From: Tubulanus polymorphus
Lineage: Eukaryota; Animalia; Nemertea
NCBI RefSeq assembly: GCF_964204645.1
Contig: NC_134032.1
Location: 248,001 to 312,000 of the forward strand
Direction of reading: 5' to 3'
Length of the DNA: 64,000 nucleotides
Shown one piece after another: positions 39,701 to 52,692 of the stretch. Positions within the stretch are counted from its first letter, which is position 1, and each line of letters starts with the position of its first letter. Under the pieces are notes generated by a model, which had not been told where the DNA came from, made no database searches, and saw only the letters and a program-made list of their open reading frames with translations. A program made the translations under genes and the position numbers.

Positions 39701-42700
39701 ACCCGTCGATCGCGAGCTCTGTCAGTTGGTGGCACCGCGTGGACTGAGCTCGCTGCCGGGAAGCGCCGTGGAAGATCGCCAGTATCAACTCGATGTTAGA
39801 AATCTGGGACTATCTACCGGTGAGGTTACAATGTGATTACACTACACGATCCCTGCTGCTCCTTGATTCCTTGAAATCTCCGAAACATTAAATACTCTTG
39901 AAAGTAGCTTGAAACTCCCTGAATTTGAACAAAATGCCCAAAACTCCTTTAAAGCTCCTTCAATTTTGAGAAATAGGCGAATAGAAATGTTTGTAGTTGT
40001 ACAGTAAACTATACATAAATCAGTACAGTTTGTTACCCAATGTAGCGGTTGCCAGATTTAGAAACTGAGTTCAGTTTGTGTGTAGTATATTAGTAACATT
40101 TGCTTGTAAAACCACTGAATTACTGGTTTACTAAGATAAACAGTACCGATTTAGGAGGAGTCTACTGTAATTGGGATATGAAAGTGATGCAGACGCTTCC
40201 TTAATAAATGAAATTATTTCCTTCTTCAAAACTCCTTATATCCAGGAATGACTGATATGTACTTTCTTGGTATTGTATTGTATTGTTATGTATTGTATTG
40301 TTGTATTGTATTGTTGTATTGTAGGCGTTTGGAATGAAATCGTCATTAAATCAGGTTGTCACAGTTTGAAGGACGAAGAAATTCTAGAAACGCAAAATCC
40401 AGCTTTAGAATGGAATCAACTGATCGCGAAAGAGTAAGTTATTAATGATGTCTCTCCGTGAAACACGGCCTGAAATTCTCGATTTTATGAATCTCGTGAA
40501 CATGAACCGACAATTCTTACTAAGTTAACGAGAGTTATGAAGTCAAGTCTAAAGAAGTTTACTCTGAAGTGCAACCTGTAAACAATTTGTGCCACTCAAC
40601 TGTCTGCTTACGACACATACATTGGGTGGCCACATTCTACCGTATTTTCTGGACCTATAGTAGTACACGTCAGTTATCGCAAAAAAGTAACAGGTCGGTT
40701 ACCGCGACATTTTATAAAGGCCCATCTTAAGATACGCGTTATTGCGTTATTGCAATACTAGTACGATGTGTATTAAGCTCGTGTAAGTTGCATTTTTCAA
40801 GTTTTCTTTGCTTCAAATATATATAAGGAATTTATATTTTACTCTAAAACTTAAAACTTGAGGCTTCTTGAAAGTTGTATGGTAGGAGACTATATTATAC
40901 ATATATACTGCTATTCATAGACATGGTGACCTAACATCAGGGGAGTAGCAACCAAATAATTATTGGCCAGACATATGATATAAATAAATCATTGCCTGTG
41001 AGCTTAGGGTTCGGAGCGTGCATTAATTGGCAGCCGAAGGAACTGTTAACGCATAGAACCTGGAGAAGAGTGCGTGAGGGGGGCGAATTTGAACGAATCA
41101 GAAGAACCACCTCGGTAATTATTGGTCCGTCATTTGTCGGACCGACCGCACCAGTAGCGACGCCGCTGAGCATCTAGAATCTGTTCAGGGGGTGATTTAT
41201 TTCGATGAATCGGTTTTAGCGTTTCGTCGGGAACCTCTGCAGCGAGGTAAGTATCGTCGTAACGTGTCGCGTATTTCTCGACCGGTCAGTACGTAGACAT
41301 AGAAGTTCAACGCGTAATTCCACTGGATGAACGAGTCGGCGATTTTAAACGCTAACTGCGATTGATGGACGTTCGGGTCGAACCACGATCTCATCCAGAT
41401 GACGTTGGTCGGTAGGCTGAGTATCAGATAGAGAACGCACGTCGATACGACCATCACCGATACCGACATCGACGAGCGAGTTTTCTCTAAACGATCGAAC
41501 GTTAAAGTCAGAACGATGACCGTCGACGATACGATCATTATCGAACACGGTATGAATAAACCGTTAGCGACTTGTACGGCTCGCGTTACGGTTTGATCGG
41601 TACCTTGGACGCAACCGATCCCTTCGATTAACAGCGCGTCCTTCGCGTCGGGAATTACGGCGCCGGCTAGGACGCCGACGAACGCCAACCAGATCAACTT
41701 CGCCGGGCGCGAATTCCAGAACCGCGGCCCGCGGAACGGGAATCGTACGATACACGCTCGTTCGACCGACGCCAGGTAGAGCAGGTTTGGACTGGCGAGT
41801 TTGAACGCCGCGAATATTCCTTCGGAGAATTTACAAACGAAGTCGCCGCCTCGAATCGTTATCAAGATCATTTCGTTCAAGTGATAGCTGAGCGCGTTCA
41901 CGTACATCAAAATGCAGAAAACGAGCGAACCGCTGTCGACGACGGCTAGAACTAGGAAAACGTGCGCGTAGAATTGGTGGCGGAATTTCGGCGTCAACAT
42001 CAAGACGACGATCAAACAGTTGCCGACCAGTCCAAACGCGGCGATCAGAAACGTGTTGACGCCCGATCCGGCGATGAAAGCGGTCGGGTAATGTTTGCGA
42101 TGCACCAGCCTGATATCCAGATATATCAAACCGTAATGTCGTATAGATGGCGCTGTATGATTGGTCGCCGCCGATTCGAGCATGTTTTATCAACTAGCTC
42201 CTGTCGAAGTTGGTGTAAGATTGCTGTTGGGAAATGCTTTCAGATTTCTTCCCCAAGAAGCAAATTTTAGACACTTGCAGTTCATCGATCCTGTATTATA
42301 CTGAAAGCACTTATCGCATTCTATTTTCCGAACGTCGATTTATTAAAAGCCTTAAATAGAATTGTATAAAAATATTGCAATTTTAACCATCAACTCTTAA
42401 CAGCTACATCACTATCGGTGCACTAAAACATCAACCATCAGCCATTAGCCATTAGTCATTAGTCATTATAGTTCTTAGCCATAAGAGCAAATGGTATTTC
42501 CAACTCAAATGTGTTTCACATGTTCGATCATGTTTTTGGTTGTGCCAATATCAGTTCGTTGATTTCCCCTTTTTACCAATCGTCTGATTCTGTATCTATG
42601 AAATTGTATAAAATCTATTGTCAAAAGGAGATAGATAAAGAATTATTGTTATTATATCATTATGTCCTACACTAATAACCTGGGGCCGGTTGCATAGTCA

Positions 42701-45700
42701 TGGTTTAGATTTAACACCAGTCTAAGACCAACTTAGTTATATAGCCAATCTAACAACTTAGGGCCAGTCTTAAGATTTACGACCACTTTTGGGCTTAAGT
42801 CACGACTGTGCAACTGACCCCAGGGGCCGGTTGCATAGTCATGGTTTAGATTTAACACCAGTCCAAGACCAACTAAGTTATATAGCCAATCTAACAACTT
42901 AGGGCCAGTCTTAAGATTTACGACCACTTTTGGGCTTAAGTCACGACTGTGCAACTGGGCCTTTGTCATAACTTGGATCTTAACTCCTTTTAACCCTGTC
43001 TCAATCATTCTTATTGAACTGTATTTCTACTCCGTCGAGACTACTCATGATTCACTGATCTGAGGGGCATTATATTTTGGTTAAATGTGATTTCAAACGG
43101 TTTTTTTTATGGCTCAAAAATTCCCGTCGGTAAAAATCTCCAATTCTTCAAGGTTGGTAAAAATCTCCCACCTTTTTGAATGGAGAGTGGATACAATCTT
43201 AAGGTCAATTAATTCATATCAATATATCCAATTTATTCATATTCTATTGTACCATATAACATGTATGGTATAACAAATGAATATCATGAGCATACTAATC
43301 ATTGTACAATTGAAATTTAGAATAATTTTGAAAAAAAGACTACAAATTAACACTTGATCAATACTAGATTTTAAATTAAAATTATCACATTGTTCAAATA
43401 TATAACACTTGCTTGAAATTGAAATATTTCAAATTAAAAGTTCATTATTTCCAATAGTTTATCGCATCGTGCAGTGAAAAAACAGTTCACGGTTCAAAAA
43501 TATTCCAGTCTGAATTTTAAAATGTTACAAATAAAAAGTTTATTAGTAACTCAAACAATGTATTTAATTCTAAGAATTTATCGCGACAAAGACGTCGGGA
43601 TTTTTACCTACTTTGAAGAATTGGGGATTTTTAGCCAGTGGATTTAAACCTACATTCATTGGCTCTGATGGCTGGTTGAATTTTCACTACGCAGTGTCAG
43701 TTCGCTCACTAGAGATGATCACAATAAGGTGATTGATAATTATTGCAGTTTGACTTAAATTTATGCATTTAAATAACTTAAAAATAGCATTAGAATAACT
43801 ATGTTATACCTGGTGGCATATTTTCTTACTGGGCAAAAGTGGCATTTTTTACCGCTGCATTATTTCTATAATGCCTTTAGAACAGATACAAGATACAAGA
43901 GATGGATGTATCTATTCTAGGAAGTGTGATTTCCAATGATGACACTTACAATTGATACACATTTACCTAATATTAAAAAAGTATCAATGCTGTAGACAAT
44001 TAGTTCTTACTTCTACCACTGGGGGTATCAATCTTTGCAAACGCGTTTCGGCATCGGCTTTTTTTTTTTCATGTGTACCGGTAATTCAGTAGCTTAGATT
44101 ACACAAATCGAAACATCTGGACTGGGTTTCATAGATGTGGAAGAAAGATAGTCCCTGGGAACATTTTGAAATTTGTCAGTTATAACCATGGTTTCTCATT
44201 GTTACTACGGTGGTTGTCACCTAAATTGAGGATTTACCCCCAGGGATAACTTTGATACTCAGTCTATGAAACCGGGCCCTGGTATATTTGGTCATACAAC
44301 TGCCACCAGGGACTAAATAGTGAAAGCGCCGTATCTCAAAGCTATTTTGACCAGACTTCATACATCAGTACTTTAAACCCATATTGATCCACAAATCTAG
44401 TGTATGCATTCACCACTAGGTGACGCTCTGAAAAATAACCGTATTTTATGCGCTGGAAAGATTGATTGCAGCAAAACTTTGTATGCTTCAAAGTTTGAAA
44501 CGGGCATTTAAATCAGCGTGGCAGAAAACCCATAATCGCTGCTTTGCGGCTATATTTGTTAATAAAGATTTTTTTCGTTAGATCGTTGTTTGGTACATGG
44601 CTCTTTTATCTACACAATTGATGTTTTTACATGTTTGTGAAGCTCGGTTTTTTAAATGCAGGTTAGAAGATGATATACCGCTGGTACCGATAGCCGCGAA
44701 CGTAGCTCTGCGAATAGTCGCTGCTCCTGCTGTTGTCTACGAAATTGATAAAAAGGTAATTTTTCGTGTTTTCAATTTATCTTTGTACCAAGTAACGGGC
44801 GATCGAGTTAAAACAGATCAATTATATGAAATATGTTCGATATAAATGAAATTGATTTCTAGTGAGTTTAAATAGTTTATTAACAAACTTTTCCAAATAA
44901 TCAATGAAATAAACCAGTATTCAAATAATTAAATGTATTCAGATAATTAGCTTGTAATCTAACACTCGTTTTTAACTAGTTTCGAATTAAGCACTTTGTT
45001 TATTCAACGACCCTTATTGTATATAAATATCAACTCTTAAATTTTGGCCAGATCTAGCTCTGTGTCCAGAAAACCCTTTATAGCTGCTTTGCTTATTATA
45101 TTTCATATTAATGATTTCCCAAGGTTTGCATATTAATGATGCTGTTTGGCAGAAAACCCATTATTCCAAAGTTTGCATGTTAATGGTGCTGCTAGGCAGA
45201 AAACCCGTTATTCCAACGTTTGCATGTTAATGATGCTGCTAGGCAGAAAACCCGTTATTCCAAAGTTTGCATATTAATGGTGCTGCTAGGCAGAAAACCC
45301 GTTATTCCAACGTTTGCATGTCAATGATGCTGCTAGGCAGAAAACCCGTTATTCCAACGTTTGCATGTTAATGATGCTGCTAGGCAGAAAACCCGTTATT
45401 GCAGCTATATTTATTTCTCAAATTTTCTCTCACAGAATAATCTATTGTACGGATATTCATTAGAAGTGAACGCGACGAGCGACATCGACTTCACACTGTC
45501 GACCAATCAAATCCATCTGATACGCGCGATCGTCACGGCCACGCAAGAATCGCTGAATCCCGACACGCCGCGGCACAAACCGGTAACGCCGCGGACGACG
45601 ATCGCTGACGATTGTCGCCAGCCGGTCGACGCGACCACCGAAAAAGCACCGACGGGACTCGGCACCGACAGCGGAGTCGAAAGCGAGGCTTCGACGACGC

Positions 45701-48700
45701 GATTGGCTCCGTTGAATTTAAAACGCGGCGGCGTCGGTCAGCTGCAGACGGATTTAGAAACGAGTCTCGAGGAAGCGCTCGCCGGGATTGAACCGATCGC
45801 GATACCGATCACCGCTCGGCGATGGACCCCGTTCGAAATTCTCCTGACGGCCGGACGAATTTCGTTCATGTCGTATTCACATTTAGACGCCATGGTTACC
45901 GACGACGCGAACCGCGCGAATCCGATAATTCCGGTGAAGCCGTTTTTGTACGCGTATTTCAGTCAACCTCATTCGCTGTTCTCTCTTCGACCGGCGACGC
46001 AGAAAGTGGAATTGTCGTGTTACGACGTTTTGGTGAAAGGCGCCAAAAATGGCGAAATCATAAAAGGTACGTGGAACGTATTCTTTGTTCCTGCCACCAG
46101 GGGGCGTAAGACAACAATTCGCAATCCATATTGTGTAATAACTTCAAGTTGTAGCTCATTACGGATTGTATTGAGTTTCAGAGTTTGTTATTTTCTGTAT
46201 ATATTCACCAGGGGGCGTCGAGTATTGAATTATATATTATACCAAATTGTCTATTTACATTGGTACCTAGGCATGTTTTGTAATCACAATCAGATCACCA
46301 GGGGGCGTTGAATAGTAGAATAACATGGTATATACATATATTTATCGGTACTCATTTTGTGACTACATTCAGTTGCAAATTTGCATAAGAAGCTGGTTTA
46401 GGTTACAATGATATTCTTCACGGTTTCTTTAGAGGTTAAAGTTTGGTTAAAGTTAACCGGCAGATAAATACCATATAAGGAATTTCAAATTGTCACGATA
46501 TCAACTAGACCGATTTATAAGCAACTGGCCCCAGATGGTTTAGGTTATCCAACTTTTGAACAGTTCCCTGATCAACATTTGGCCATAACTTTAATTAAAC
46601 TCAATGAATTTTTCTTCGCAGAAATTGGTAAAGTTTTGCCGGATACGATTGACTACAGTTTACACTGGTTGCAAACTCGTCCCGGTGAACCGAACACTAA
46701 AACAGGGATACCTCCGAGTCTGTACACATTACGTATTACTGATTTCCTCAACGATGAAGGTAAGAATGGTATTTATTACTCTCATGTTTTAGTTGTTTTT
46801 TTTTTTTTTAGTATTAGTCAGGGAGGAAAGTTGTATTTGGTGTCTACGTTCCAGGTCCATTGGAAACAATTTTTGACAGGTTCTAATATGTTTCCACAGT
46901 AAAATTTATTTCAATTTCGCCAAAACTTGGTATTCAAAGAGGAAAAAAAAATGTCATTCAGTAAATTATTGCCACAGTTCGCTGCAGTTCCACTGCCACT
47001 TTGTTTTATGCTGGAATGGAACTGTACCAATAACGAATGTGGTGAATTAGACACCAAGAAGTCATTATTATTGTATAAAAGTTCAATGAACATGTCTGCA
47101 TTTTCAATGAACATGTCTGCATGTACAATGAACATGTCTGCATGTTCAATGAACATGTCTGCATGTTCGAACATGCAGACATGTTCATTGTACATGTCTG
47201 CATTTTACGATCATGAATAAAACCGATCGGTTCTCTCTGGTTCAGACAACGTTCTATTCTGAAATATCTCGGTTTTGATTTCACAGCTCAGGTATTCATC
47301 GCGATGGAGCGCCCCCTGTTGGCGACGATTAGTACTACGAAGTTGGAGCAGGTACGGGAATTCGTGGATGTTTTATTCTCGCATTCGGCAATGGATGACG
47401 AGATTCCACGTCGAACATCAGGTAATCAGATACGACGAGATGATGAGTACTTTATAAGTTACCGTAACTAGTTTATTAGACGCAGAAGCTTTCACTACTG
47501 ATAGTAGCTTCATTAGGTGAATGAGTAAATAGTTAATTTTCATTAGTTGTAACTATGATTTTCAGAGTGATAGAGGTTCCCTATTCCATCTAGATCTATG
47601 ATCACAGCTTAGGATAAAACAATGTTTGTTTCTCCTAATCGTCTGGGTCGTTTTCTAAACTGCAATAACATTTGTAATCAGTTCATTTCTATAATTGTCT
47701 GGTCTGTTATTGTTAGCTTGATTTCAAAATAAGTAATGACCAGGATATATAGGCGGCTATCCGATCAAGCTTTTAAGCTCAGCAGCAATGGGAAACAAAG
47801 AATTGTTTCTAGCTTTAGGCTGATGCCATGGTTTTCCTGGAGCCACCCTAAACTGAACTTACTTCATATCAAAGATATTTCGTATAAATAATATTCACTG
47901 TTTATTTTTCTTTTCTATCAGAAACGTACGAAGGTGAAAATCGAGCCGATGAACCGACGTATTGTCGACATTTGTCGCATTTCAAAGACGTTCAGTTGCG
48001 CGCCGTGCAAATCAAAATGGTCGCCGAAACTTCGCCGTCGCCGCACGAACCGTCGTTATCGGTAAACCTGACGGAAATCCAAGCGGGATTCGTTCTTCAG
48101 AAAGATCAACAAGGTCGGTAAAATTTAATCAGAAATCTGATTTATCGGAAAAAATGAATGAAATAAAATTAGGCTGATAACGGATACTAAAAATCAATGT
48201 TGTGGAAATAATGAAAAATGTAAATAATTGTGAAAGTTGTGTATAAAAAAGATATTTGTTTCATCATCAATTAAAATGAATACAAAATTCTTTTTTTAAA
48301 GGGGCCTGAACAGAGTCTTATTGGTTGTACAATCACCAGGACGTTCAACCCCTTTGAAAAAAAGTCTAATGATTAGTAGTAATAAGCTATGCCGATAATA
48401 AGAAATAATGATAGACTTAAGGGACAAATTTGAGAAAATGCGTCAAAACATCCGGCGGGGGTGGGGGGTGGATAGAACACCAGGGGCATGTCTTGAAGTG
48501 GCTTCGAACCCCGCACATTGCCGTAGTGTCCTCGGGCAAGACACTTATCCTCATTGCCTCTCTCCACCCACGAGTAAATGGGTACCTGGCCCCATAGATG
48601 ACTCCTGAGCGTTTGTTAGCAGCTCGGTGTTACATCTACCCAGCAAGAGATGACTGATACATGTTACTAAATGGCTGGGGTAATAATACCGTTAATATAA

Positions 48701-51700
48701 AGCGCTCTGAGCAGCTTCACTGGATTCAGCGCTTTATAAGGCACATTATTAGTGTGAACAGAAACATTAGAATATACAATTTTCTATTTACAGGCGCCGT
48801 TTCTGATGTTACCAGTGACGTATTGTTGAAAGAGTTGTTACTGGCGACGTCGTATCGCGGTAAATGGCGCCCGATCGTCGGGCCCGTGTCCGCGGCGATG
48901 TCGGCGTGTATCGTTTGGACGGCGCACAGCGGACCGGCGTACCTGCCCCGCGTCGTCAGTTTCATCAACGTTAAACCGTTTGCGATTCACTTCGGACAGG
49001 AACACTACATCGCGCTGAACGCCTTCATTTCACATCTCAATCCGTTCTTTAACAAAGTAAGTTACGAGTGATTCCTTAAAAACAACTTCTTAATAGAAAA
49101 TGCTTTTAACCCTTTCAGTGCTGGCTAATCAATACCTTATAGTGCTGAAGATTATTTGAAAATTCTGAAAAATTCCACCCTAGTGTGTTGAATAATGGGA
49201 ATACCACTATAGTGCGTCTACACCGCGGCGCAGTGTATCGTTAGTTACTAATATTTCACTATATTTGATAGGTGCTGCTATTTTTCAAGAGAGATAATTA
49301 GTAATTACATCAATACCTCACATCAATACATCAATAACTAATTACATCAATAACGAAATCTATCCATCAAATAGATGATGGGGCAATCCCTATTTTAAAG
49401 ATCAAAGAATGCCTGAAACTTCTCGAGAAATAGGCAATTCGAAATGGTTGGCAGTTGTACAGTAAACTTTATATTTGGAATGATTAGTTACTGTAATATC
49501 TGATGGATGCAGTAAATTTTGTTAAGAGCTTCTAAAAACTCATTTTATTTCAATCGATTATTAACAGAATTCCGATTCATCAGCGACGAGCGTATTGAAC
49601 ACCTCCGCTATTAAGAGCGGTAGTCGAAGCGATGAAGAAACGCCCCCTGGTGGCGTCGACGCGACGACTGATTATCCGGTGAAACGTGGAATCGATGATC
49701 TGCGCAGAGGAACTTTTCAATACATTCTTGAAGACGGTAAAAATGAGTCTTTTATTTCGGGTCTGATTATCACAAACCAGACGTGAACCCGGACCAGAGC
49801 GGATCAGACCGAACCAAACCGGATATAATACAGTTTAGATATCAGGGGCCGGTTGCATAGTCATGGCTTAGATTTAAGACCAGTCTAAGACCAACTTAGT
49901 TCTATACTTGATCTAACAACTTAAGACCAGTCTTAAGATTTAAGACCACTTTTGGACTTAAGTCACGACTGCGCAACTGGGCCCTGGTGCCTTTTTGTCT
50001 GAGGCTGCTTAGCACCGTTTGTCACAATAGATTATGCTATATATATAGTAATGTATACTGCTATAAGACAGCGTACGCTGACCTGGAAAACTCACTGAGA
50101 TTCAGAAAAATCTTAAGAAAATTTAGGGAAAATTCAGGGAATTCGACCAAAAACCTGGAAAAAAAACTTAGGGAATTTGGGTAATGTTATTGATGACGTG
50201 TTACTTTATTGATCCGTGATTCGATGATAAATGAATGAATTCGAATATTTTAAACCTAGAAATTTCTTTTGTTTATTCGGGAAATTTCGCGTAATCAAAT
50301 CGGGAAATGGAATTTGTAAATGGGTGGAAAGTGGCGCCACCCTGTAAAGAATGTTAGAGTAATTCAGTTTAGAGGAATGGGGATTAGATAGAATATATTT
50401 CGTTTTTGGTGTTTTCCTTGCTGGAAATGGGTCCTTTTCTGTAAACAGTTTGGTCTGAAATCCCCCTAAGTCTGCCCCTAATAACTGACGTAAATGTTGT
50501 ATATTCCAGTCGACCAGTATTACCAGCCGAATCCGTGCGAAGTCGTATTCTGCCAGAACTCGGAGCGCGGTACGTCGTTGATGACCTGGTGTTACCCGGA
50601 CCCTCGGATGCTCACTTACGTTCACGTCACCCCGGTGCCGTTCAATATCGACCCCGACGAAGACCTCGGTCTCACCGAGGATAAACCAGGCGTAAGTAAC
50701 CTCAGTCTTAGATTAATCAAATTTCAGGATTTACGCTAATTCACACTTGCCAAAACTGCGAGTACTTCGATGATTTTGTTGAGATGTAAGATTTACGTTT
50801 TTTGATGGATTTCCTTTTTTATTTTCATTTTCCTGGTAAAATAAAAATGCTGTGAAATTGCATCTGAGAACACTTAAAATTTGAAAAATTTCCCAATTTT
50901 TTGGATATCAACTATTTTCCTTTTTTTTTCCTTCGGCCACTGGAATAAAAGCTGATTGATCTATTACGACCTACTTTAGGACTTTCTGTGAGAATGATAG
51001 CGAGCTCTTTTTACCCTTTCACAGTTGACTAATTTACTCATTGACACAGTTGACTCATTAATGCAGAGAATGGTTTCATGGTCTGGTGTTATCTTTATCC
51101 CGAGGGCGAACTCAATTCATTTTCAGTCGAGTCAGACCCGGGTTGATACCAGTCTATAAAGACGAGAAGATACACAATATCCGTGTATGATGATGACGAG
51201 ACAAATCCCACAATAAAGAAGCCAAGATTAAAAATTCTATATCAGAATGATTTTAGCCATCATCAGGCGTACTGTTAGCCATCGTCAATACGCCTGATGA
51301 TGGCTAACAGTTAGCCGAAACGTCGCTCCTCAAACATAATCATTCTGATATAGAATTTTTCAATCTTGGCTTCATTATTGTGGGATTTCTCTCGTCACCA
51401 GTCTATAAAATCCGGGCCCGGAAGATTTCGCGCAGCGTGGTTGATTGTTAGTGATGATTGTTTTGTAGGTACCGTGTAAACTGCAGTATTGGGACACAGT
51501 TCGTCGGCGATTCGTCGATTATCAGTCGTTCTACGTTTCGGAAACTCACGAATGTCACGTGGACCTCTCACCGGTGGAAAATGCAGTCGTTACTCACATG
51601 TGGAGGGTGGAGATATTCGGCCAGAAACTGAGAGTGGATGGTGAGTGGAAGGGGTGGATCTATAGCGAATCCGCAACAGCGCGGTTGCCTCCTTTTTTGG

Positions 51701-52602
51701 TAAAACCTGACGGGAAATTTGACACTGATTCTCTCACAGGGTGGCGCCACTTACCTGGAAATCTGGGAAAAGTCGGGGAATATTCCTTTTTTTTTTTAAA
51801 TTCAGGGAATTTTGTGATAAAACTAAACATTATGGAAATTTGTTTTGATTTCATGTATAAAAAAGATATCAAACAGTTTTCGTCTATGTCTTACGTATTT
51901 GACTGCGTTTATAGATTGGATTTTTAGCAGATCAAGTCAGGGAAAAAGCAAGTCAAATAAAAGTGGCCACTCAGTCTCAGAAATTGCATTTTTAACGGAT
52001 ACCTATTAAGGGAGAGGTGGATCTAAGGGTATTATTGGCAGGTCCAAACCCTTGCGTTTAGGTAGTATAGAGAGTATGGCGCTTTTTGACCAGTTCCAAA
52101 ACAGGGGCTGCAGTTGTTTAAACGTTGGTTAACGATAACCAGTCGATAAAATACCATAGCAACAATGGAATTTCAATTGTCACCATGCCAACTATCTACT
52201 GGTTAGCTCGAGCAACTGGCTCCAGAATGCTGATGTTCTATTCTCAGATTAACCCGGCGTTAAGCGGTGGATAGTTTATCGGGGGCTTGGACTGTAATAT
52301 TGGCCTTCTATGGACTGGCTCCAAAATACCTGCAAGACCTTTTAACACCTTACTCCCCGACTAGAATGTTACGTTCAGCAGATGATCTTTTGCTTACTCA
52401 ACCCCGTTCAAGATTAGCTTTTCTTGGAGACAGAGCCTTCTCAGTCGCTGCTCCACGTTTGTGGAACAACCTTCCTCGCCATGTAAGAGCGGCTTCCAGT
52501 ATCTCTGTCTTCAAGAGAAGCCTCAAAACACATTTGTTTTCACCACATTAGATTTATTCAGTAATAAAGTGTCATTGAGTGGATTCTGGCACTTAAAATA
52601 CC

Positions 52603-52692
<90 letters not shown>

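Noticed and set aside
41345-42270. Alternative-frame ORFs overlapping the GPCR
   Set aside because: Shadow ORFs of GC-rich coding sequence with no recognisable motifs
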